From: Vulcanimicrobiota bacterium
GTDB lineage: Bacteria; Vulcanimicrobiota; Xenobia; Xenobiales; JADMJV01
Direction: 5' to 3'
Assembly (NCBI GenBank): GCA_050250895.1
Contig: JBFWNU010000007.1
Coordinates: 224,001-288,000, forward strand
DNA length: 64,000 nt
Under the pieces are notes generated by a model that was not told the DNA's origin, ran no database searches, and was given only the letters and a program-made list of their open reading frames with translations. Below are positions 58,301 through 64,000 of this stretch, in pieces. The position numbers and the translations under genes were made by a program. How positions within the stretch are numbered: position 1 is the first letter of the stretch; each line of letters begins with the position of its first letter.

Positions 58301-59713
58301 GCCGCCCTGCAGGCCTACCCCACGCAGCGCAAGAGCAAAGACGAGAAGGCTTCGCTGCTGGCTCAGGAGGTGGGCTCACTCTATACACCCGCTCTCGAAC
58401 GGATGCAGGCGGAGTATGCGCCGGAGGCGGTGACCCGGGCGGCCGGCCAGGTCGGTTCGGGCGAGACCTTCGAGGATGACATTCCCGCCGCTCTGGAAAC
58501 GCTAGGGGTTGCCGACCAGCAGCTGGGCGGCGTCACCCAAGAACTCGATCAGGCCCACGTTCTGGCCGCTCGCAACGGATTGATTCTGGTGGGAGAAACC
58601 CTGGAGAAGGCCGAGCGACAGCTCAAGCCCTTGACCGAAGGAGTTCAGGTCCTTGACCAGGCTTGGGGCGAGGCCGTGAAGGGCTGTCACGGGGTCGAGG
58701 ACCAGTTGACCCCCACCCTGGCCCTGCTGCAGCAAGACTATGTCCGCACTCCGGTGAGAGAATTGGCCGAAGGAACTCGCCAGGCGGTCGAATTGGCCAG
58801 CCAGGCCATCGAGGCTGCTCCCCACGACCCCTATCGCGCTATGGAGGCCATCGGACAGGCCCAGGGCGCTCTGGCCAGGGTCCGCGACAGCGTGGCCTCG
58901 GAAGGCAACCTGCGCGACCGGGCCGTGAGTGCCATCGCGAACGCCGAGAAGGCGATCGCCAGGGCCGATAAGGCTATCCAGGAGGCCGCTCAACAGAGTT
59001 GGAGCTGGAGCAACGCCTTCGGCAAGGCCTCGGCTGCCGTCGACGAAGCGGATCTGGCTCGGGCCAAGCAACTTCTGGCGGCCGCCGCGGCACTGTTGCC
59101 GGGCGCCCAGCCCAAACTCGACGCCCAGGATTATGAGGGGGCTGCCGAGCAGGCTAACTCTGTCATTGCCGAGGTGGAGAAGGCCGAGCAGGAAAGCGAC
59201 TCGGTCGTGGATCGGGCTCGCGCGTCTTTTGACTCGCAGAAGTCCAAGCTCGAGGCCAAACAGCGGGAAGCCGACGAGGCCCGCCGGCGAGAGGAAGAGC
59301 GACGCCGAGCCGAGCAAAGACGGCGCGAGGAAGAGCAGCGACGGGCCGAGGAGGCCCGCCGAGCCGAACAGCGCCGCCGCGAAGAAGAGCAGCGCCGGGC
59401 CGAAGAGCGAAGGCGCGATGAAGAGCGACGACGGGCCGAGGAGGCACGCCGCGCCGAGCAACGTCGCGACGAGGAGCGGCGCCGGGCCGAAGAACAACGA
59501 CGGGCCGACGAGCGCCGGGCCGAAGAGCGTCGACGCGCCGACGAGCAACGGCGCGCCGATGAGAAGCGCCGAGCAGAAGAGCAACGTCGCGACGAGGAGC
59601 GACGTCGCAACAGCGGCTCGCGGGGCGGCTCGTCGGGAGGCGGAAGCTCGGGCTCTCGAGGCGGTTCCTCGGGGGGCGGTCGACGCTCGGGCTCGCGCGG
59701 CGGCGGCTGGTAG
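55313..59713 (+). CDS. Large membrane-anchored helical protein with ER-rich repeat and Gly/Ser tail
   Basis: SD GGAGG; two hydrophobic segments; long Ala/Glu/Gln heptad-like regions; ends SGSRGGGW. Confidence 0.85.
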   Translation: MPNRIARPDARVVTYTKKRNLATRLPAEQSLQVAPPKVSSGGSWGPEVQLPQVLEAEAPESKNRTHKLAAAAALALTAVGAGAGLVGSASPAYAESVALSASPASASFLQTVLAQRDTTPVRVNSAQEVVDQFQAQRQLYVQGDPLPADVMGELSEQLARHPNMYVVLVDYASNFEDYDFTVATGIGNSDSFASVRNPVTGEKEGVVFTVMFDSNDGRKVFMRSEELPDRLGVGEENFADEYGNPERLLRTFLRARDRGENMAGMLGSVFAEINTTIKTHTDQVLTQATSEVGRAERDLPSLRQRYEKQNKDYPQAVALPDFAAWQQQVGAARQALDSGDPQGAINLIRPVLANLDGSAAFINTFEHNLGQAQQVLARAEQAVARGQQQAANFRKEFGEGGQLGSPDLDGWKAALEQVKAQTVKGDFAGALATSNSLVASLDAYGQATGRFTQAQSMKEAVSRQIADLEKALKKAPDNGHTEQAREDLAAAKAAFEQYQADTRGKSGDPLTAIESAQSSATAGLRQIDEAHHQANVIRNTIIGVGTALTLATVAAGLIANARARTRKKEALTALSQAEADIGRRSKALIELMEQADVKNVSSYAGETQKLAQQVIESVTDSLTLMGGAEKFLAESRQLIEPNSPRNLFTSGNFHQAIGLLTDPEQRLPFSFEDSARAVMEKGSRAESWREELERRGASREFEKSLFEVLGEADKAGGQAKKVLAEIDNFKTGAQTGLAKLETTGGEVSKRAEELEKEAEQDKLFPLPSVREDLLARVLDSERGLLPRGRALEPSDPVRVVHEFVEPGAQMLEQATKILNAGQALRGTLGDSTRRLHDAFGKAEISTEWADTSLAQLASRLDDTADKAPRVEPEKEIEQVRQQGFEVNRQFEQALRLEFQRQKVEDTQVGQVEAKIAETRRQMADQLHELGVFQQGTAEGVLREEGSDPDRLLDDSKAQLGSVKQLLGKGKVAEADRALEKVAGNSTGAEAILSDAKAALQAYPTQRKSKDEKASLLAQEVGSLYTPALERMQAEYAPEAVTRAAGQVGSGETFEDDIPAALETLGVADQQLGGVTQELDQAHVLAARNGLILVGETLEKAERQLKPLTEGVQVLDQAWGEAVKGCHGVEDQLTPTLALLQQDYVRTPVRELAEGTRQAVELASQAIEAAPHDPYRAMEAIGQAQGALARVRDSVASEGNLRDRAVSAIANAEKAIARADKAIQEAAQQSWSWSNAFGKASAAVDEADLARAKQLLAAAAALLPGAQPKLDAQDYEGAAEQANSVIAEVEKAEQESDSVVDRARASFDSQKSKLEAKQREADEARRREEERRRAEQRRREEEQRRAEEARRAEQRRREEEQRRAEERRRDEERRRAEEARRAEQRRDEERRRAEEQRRADERRAEERRRADEQRRADEKRRAEEQRRDEERRRNSGSRGGSSGGGSSGSRGGSSGGGRRSGSRGGGW
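59272..59610 (+). repeat. Coding tandem repeat (EEQRRAEE-like ER helix)
   Basis: About 110 codons almost entirely E, R, A, Q and D. Confidence 0.9.
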
Positions 59714-59721
59714 ACGAAATG

Positions 59722-59752
59722 AAAAAGGGGCGCTTCTCGAGAAGCGCCCCTT
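59722..59752 (-). terminator. Intrinsic terminator between convergent genes
   Basis: Perfect 28-bp palindrome AAGGGGCGCTTCTCGAGAAGCGCCCCTT with a T-run on the minus strand. Confidence 0.8.
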
Positions 59753-59765
59753 CGGCTGGCGACAA

Positions 59766-60299
59766 CTAGATGCCCATGAACTGCAAGATGATCTCGCGGG
59801 TGCGCGGCCGGTCCATCTCGAGCAGGAAGATTCGCTGCCACCGGCCCAGGGCCAGACGCCCTTCGATCACGGGAACATGCTCGGAGCAGCCGATGGTCAG
59901 GTGCTGACAGTGGGCATGCCCGTTGGCGCATTCGTCGTCACACATGTTGACGGTGCGAATATCGAAATTGTTGTGCTCGTAGTCCTCGGCCGGCGAAGCT
60001 AGCTTCTCGAGGTAACGATACATGTCTTTGATGAGCAGGGGTTCGTTTTCGTTGAGGACGATACCGGCGGTGGTGTGCCGGCTATAGACCAGTACATGGC
60101 CTTCTTTGATGCCGCACTTGTCGAGCAACTCCTGGACGCTGTCGGTGATGTCGATGAACTGAGGCCCCCGCGAAGTCTTGATCACCATTTGGGCGGTGTG
60201 GATACCAGGCAGCCCCTGGGCGCGTAGCTCGGGCTCCTTTGTGATGGCTATATGAGCCGAGCCGTTAGGCCGGGGGTCCGTAATCAGTTCCGAATTCAC
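59766..60299 (-). CDS. yjbQ: YjbQ/UPF0047 family protein
   Basis: DITD, HTTAG..LNE, NGHAH, LGRWQ.IFL.E.D.PR. Confidence 0.92.
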   Translation of the reverse strand: MNSELITDPRPNGSAHIAITKEPELRAQGLPGIHTAQMVIKTSRGPQFIDITDSVQELLDKCGIKEGHVLVYSRHTTAGIVLNENEPLLIKDMYRYLEKLASPAEDYEHNNFDIRTVNMCDDECANGHAHCQHLTIGCSEHVPVIEGRLALGRWQRIFLLEMDRPRTREIILQFMGI

Positions 60300-60417
60300 C
60301 GAACTACCTCCATTAATTGAAAAACGTTGCGCCCCATTCGGGCGGCTGCTTGAGGAATCCTCCCACCAAATGAAGCGGTCAGTTCAATCTTTGGTCGGTC
60401 CGGAATTCCTGATTTTA

Positions 60418-63021
60418 TCAGGGTTTCGAGAGCACTCTCGAGAGTGTGTTCGACTCGAAAATCATCTCTTGGGCAGGCTCTCGCAGGTTGTAGAAAGAGG
60501 CCATCGCTCGACCGTAAGCGCCGGCCGTGGCCACCAGCAGCACGTCCCCCGGTTGAGTGCGCGGCAGACGCCGGTCGTGACCGAGTACGTCCCCGGTTTC
60601 GCAGATAGGTCCCACCACGTCGGCGAGGATCTCTTTGGGCTGATCCCAGCGGCTCAAGTTGACGATGCGGTGATAAGAGCCGTAGAGAGCGGGCCGGATC
60701 AGACTGTTCATGCCCGTATCGACGCCCACAAAGGCTTTGTGTCCTTTGTCCTTGATCTGGTTGACGGTGGTCAACAGCACTCCCGCTTCGGCCACCAGAT
60801 AGCGCCCGGGCTCGAGCCAGAGGTCGAACCTGGGGTGGGCCGTGCGCACCGACTCCAGCACCTGGCCCAGCTTCTGGGTCTCTAGCCCCCGCTGACCTGG
60901 CTTCTCCGACACCCCCAGGCCGCCCCCCAGATCCAGCACCTTGACCTCGGGAAACAGTTCGGCCACACCAGCCAGGTAGTTGGCCACTCGGATCCAGTTC
61001 TCGGCATCTTGAATGCCAGACCCGCTGTGGGCATGCAGACCGACCACCCTGGCTCCGACCTGGTCGAGCAACGGCCTCAGCCGCTCGAGCTGATCGCGAG
61101 CGATGCCGAACTTGGAGAGCGGGCCGGCCGTGCGGACATGGCGATGATGGCCGCCTCCCTTACCCGGGTCCATGCGCAAAAAGAGGCTCTTGCCCTCGAA
61201 GAGTTCGGGCCAACTCTCGAGCGGCGAGAGGTTGTCGAGGGTGACCTGGGCTCCGGCCGAAAAGCCGGCCTCGTAGTCGGCGCGCGAGGCGAAGTTGGGA
61301 GTGTAGAGGACCTCGCTGCCCGAGAAGTCTGGAAAGATCCTGATCAGAAGGTCGAGCTCACCGGGCGAAACGCATTCAAAACCGAGCCCCAACTGGCGGA
61401 AAAGCTGTAGGATGTCGGGATTGGAATTGGCTTTGATGGCGTAGAAAACGCGGGCCAGGCTCTTGATGCCAAGCAGGTCCTGCGCCCGCTTTTCGAGAGT
61501 GTCGCGATCATAGACGTAAAGTGGGGTTTGACGGCGAGCCAGCTCGACGAGTTCGGCGCGACACTTTTCCCACCAGTGGCGGCCCAGTTCGATGGGCTCG
61601 ACCGCGCCGCCGACCTGCTGTTGCCAGGTCGGGCCGATGTTCTCGTCTTCGACCGTGCCCGAAAAGAGCAGGCTGTGCAGGCGAGTGACCAGGCGCTCGG
61701 CCTGCTCCTCATCGACCACGAAAGTGAGATTGAGGTCGCTCGAGGATTGGCAGACCATGTGGACTTGCTCGTCTTCGAACACCTCCAGGGCCGGGGCCAG
61801 GCGATGAAGGATCGAGCGAATGCGGGTGCCCACCAGGCTAACGGTGGCGCAGGGCGAGACCAGGCGCGGTTTGCAATAATGCTTCAGGTCGCGCAGGACC
61901 GCTTTGAGCACATCCTGGCCCACCGAGGTCGCCGACTCGTCGAGGGTCACCGTGACGTTGGTCTCGGAGGTGGTCACCAGGTCGATGGAGAGGCCGTGGC
62001 GGCGAAAGCAATCGAATAGATCGGCCAACACGCCGACCTGCTGCCACATGCCCAGGCTTTCCATCGAGATCAGGGCCACTCCGCGTTTGGACGAGACGGC
62101 TTTGACGGCCGCGATGGTGGGGCCGCCGAACTGTTCGATGCCCGTGCCCTCGAGTTCGGGCGACGGGGTGCAGCGAATGCGGATGGGGATCTTGTACTCT
62201 CGGCAGGGTCCCAGGCAACGGGGATGGAGGACCTTGGCTCCCACCGTGGCCAGTTCTTGAGCCTCGCGATAGTCGAGTCGGCGCAACAGTCGAGCGGTGG
62301 GCAGATGGCGCGGGTCGGCCGTGTACATTCCGGCTACGTCAGTCCAGATCTCGAGTTCGCGAGCCTGCAGCTTGGCGGCCAAATAGGCGGCCGAGGTGTC
62401 GGAGCCGCCGCGCCCCAGCAGAACCGTCTTGCTTTGATGGTTCGAGGCGATAAAGCCCTGAGTGATGACCACCCGACTCTGTCCGAACTCGCCCGTCATG
62501 GCCGGGTCGGGGGCATAGTCGCAACTGGCCGAAAGGAAGCTCTGTTCGGAGCGCTGACCGCTGACCTCGCGGGCCTTTAACAGCCTCCGGGCGTCCACCC
62601 ACTCGACCTCGAGCCCTTGCTGGGCGAGGTACCGGTGACCCAGCCGGGTCGACATCAATTCTCCGCAGGCCAGCAACTGGGCTCGCAGGCGGGCGGTGCA
62701 CTCGCCGGTCAAGCTGATGCCGGTGGCCAGCCGTTCGAGCAACTCGAGTTCTCTGGCGATGCAGCTCGGCTCGACTTCCATCTCGGCGGCCAGGGCCAGG
62801 TGGCGAGAGCGCAACAACTCGAGGCTCTTCTTGAACTTGCCCCCAGGGGCCTTGACGACCAGTTCCTCGAGCTGGTCAGAAACCTTGGATAGAGCCGAGC
62901 AAACCACCATCACCCGCCAATCGCCGGCAAGCTTTTCGCGGATCGCGGCGGCGATGGTTTGCCAGCGCGTGAGCGAGGAAACGCTGGTTCCTCCGAACTT
63001 GAGCACAATCCAGTTGGCCAT
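60418..63021 (-). CDS. Bifunctional aspartate kinase / diaminopimelate decarboxylase
   Basis: VLKFGGTSV, LGRGGSDTSA, ACT domains; YAIKAN, HAHSGS, EPGRYL, GPICETGD. Confidence 0.96.
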   Translation of the reverse strand: MANWIVLKFGGTSVSSLTRWQTIAAAIREKLAGDWRVMVVCSALSKVSDQLEELVVKAPGGKFKKSLELLRSRHLALAAEMEVEPSCIARELELLERLATGISLTGECTARLRAQLLACGELMSTRLGHRYLAQQGLEVEWVDARRLLKAREVSGQRSEQSFLSASCDYAPDPAMTGEFGQSRVVITQGFIASNHQSKTVLLGRGGSDTSAAYLAAKLQARELEIWTDVAGMYTADPRHLPTARLLRRLDYREAQELATVGAKVLHPRCLGPCREYKIPIRIRCTPSPELEGTGIEQFGGPTIAAVKAVSSKRGVALISMESLGMWQQVGVLADLFDCFRRHGLSIDLVTTSETNVTVTLDESATSVGQDVLKAVLRDLKHYCKPRLVSPCATVSLVGTRIRSILHRLAPALEVFEDEQVHMVCQSSSDLNLTFVVDEEQAERLVTRLHSLLFSGTVEDENIGPTWQQQVGGAVEPIELGRHWWEKCRAELVELARRQTPLYVYDRDTLEKRAQDLLGIKSLARVFYAIKANSNPDILQLFRQLGLGFECVSPGELDLLIRIFPDFSGSEVLYTPNFASRADYEAGFSAGAQVTLDNLSPLESWPELFEGKSLFLRMDPGKGGGHHRHVRTAGPLSKFGIARDQLERLRPLLDQVGARVVGLHAHSGSGIQDAENWIRVANYLAGVAELFPEVKVLDLGGGLGVSEKPGQRGLETQKLGQVLESVRTAHPRFDLWLEPGRYLVAEAGVLLTTVNQIKDKGHKAFVGVDTGMNSLIRPALYGSYHRIVNLSRWDQPKEILADVVGPICETGDVLGHDRRLPRTQPGDVLLVATAGAYGRAMASFYNLREPAQEMIFESNTLSRVLSKP

Positions 63022-63076
63022 GCGGGCGGGTTCCCTTCGACAGGGGTTTCTCCTGTTCCACCAGAAAGGGCCGGCC

Positions 63077-64000
63077 ATGGGCTACGCTTCCCTTCGCCAG
63101 TGCCTCGACGACCTGGCGAAGATCGGCCAGCTTCGACTCGTCGAGGCCGAAGTCGATCCCCACCTGGAACTTGGGGCCATTCAGCGACGGGCCTGTCGCG
63201 CCGGAGGGCCGGCCTTGCTGTTCACCCGCCTGCGTGGCTGCGAGTTTCCGGCTGTGGCCAACCTCTTCGGGACCCTCGAGCGGGCCCGCTTTGTGTTGCG
63301 CCACGGGCTACGAGCCGTAGAGCAGCTGATCGAACTCAAAGCTGACCCGATGGCCCTCACTCGCCGCCCGTGGAGGCTGGCCGGGTTGCCCTTCGCGGCT
63401 CTGCACGCCTGGCCCGTGCCCAGCTTGAATCCACCCGTGGCCGCGCGCCGCCTCCAGTTGAGCCAGTTGCCCCAGGTCACCAGCTGGCCGGGCGACGGTG
63501 GTCCCTTCGTGACCTTGCCCCAGGTCTACTCCGAAGATCCCAGCCAACCCGGCGTGTTGCGCTCGAATCTGGGCATGTACCGCATCCAGCTGGCCGGCAA
63601 CCGCTATCATCCCGATCGCGAGGTGGGCCTGCATTATCAGATCCACCGGGGGATCGGCGTCCATCACGCGGCTGCACTCGAGCTTGGCCGGCCGTTCCGG
63701 GTGAACGTCTTTGTGGGTGGCCCGCCGGCCCTGACCCTGGCCAGTGTCATGCCGCTGCCCGAGGGGCTGCCAGAACTGCTCTTTGCTGGTCTGCTGGGTG
63801 GCCGAGGCATCCGGCTGGGTCGGATGACCGGTCAGTTGCCCTTCGCGGCCGAAGCCGATTTCGTGCTCCTGGGCCAGGTTTCTCCCGGGCGACTGTTGCC
63901 CGAGGGGCCTTTCGGAGACCACCTCGGCTACTACAGCCTGCAGCATGATTTTCCCGTGCTCGAAGTGGAACATGTCCTGGCTCGCCGTGATGCGATCTGG
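63077..64000 (+). CDS. UbiD family decarboxylase (runs off window end)
   Basis: My translation: MGYASLRQCLDDL..NLFGT..NLGMYRIQ..EGPFGDHLGYY; absent from the ORF track because no stop lies in the window. Confidence 0.92.
   Translation, partial: MGYASLRQCLDDLAKIGQLRLVEAEVDPHLELGAIQRRACRAGGPALLFTRLRGCEFPAVANLFGTLERARFVLRHGLRAVEQLIELKADPMALTRRPWRLAGLPFAALHAWPVPSLNPPVAARRLQLSQLPQVTSWPGDGGPFVTLPQVYSEDPSQPGVLRSNLGMYRIQLAGNRYHPDREVGLHYQIHRGIGVHHAAALELGRPFRVNVFVGGPPALTLASVMPLPEGLPELLFAGLLGGRGIRLGRMTGQLPFAAEADFVLLGQVSPGRLLPEGPFGDHLGYYSLQHDFPVLEVEHVLARRDAIW

Noticed and set aside
58502-60002. Several long alternative-frame ORFs over the ER repeat
   Set aside because: By-products of low-complexity coding sequence that lacks stops in other frames.
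60418-63021. Aspartate kinase-DAP decarboxylase fusion as a novelty
   Set aside because: Known bifunctional enzyme, for example in Xanthomonadales and Legionella.

Overview
This is a GC-rich bacterial chromosomal window, densely coding, with about 58 CDS. I found no rRNA, tRNA, CRISPR array or prophage. Most of it is housekeeping, envelope and metabolic genes: FHA-RodA-PBP, cax, mutY, pilT, serS, lexA, an RsbV/RsbW/SigB-F module, shc, an ECF transporter, gatB, moeA/moaC, a fused aspartate kinase-DAP decarboxylase and a UbiD fragment. The gene mix (hopanoid cyclase, Terrabacteria-type FHA-RodA-PBP and partner-switch sigma module) would fit Vulcanimicrobiota/Eremiobacterota, but that is an unverified inference. 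Four signals stand out. (1) A FecR, CHASE2-class III cyclase, cNMP-HD-GYP operon whose cyclase keeps all catalytic residues but has both adenine-specifying residues changed (K to D, T to V), so it may make cGMP or another cNMP. (2) Four copies of a modular intergenic repeat made of 9-nt complementary linkers alternating with GNA-triloop mini-hairpins; three copies bracket an HNH gene and an orphan gene like cassettes, and a 16-bp palindrome occurs both upstream of and inside the HNH gene. (3) A dnaX-like -1 frameshift layout that would fuse the FHA protein to RodA. (4) Several apparent pseudo-enzymes (LexA without its Ser/Lys dyad, RsbW without kinase boxes, a degenerate PilT paralogue). All calls come from reading motifs by eye; no searches were run.
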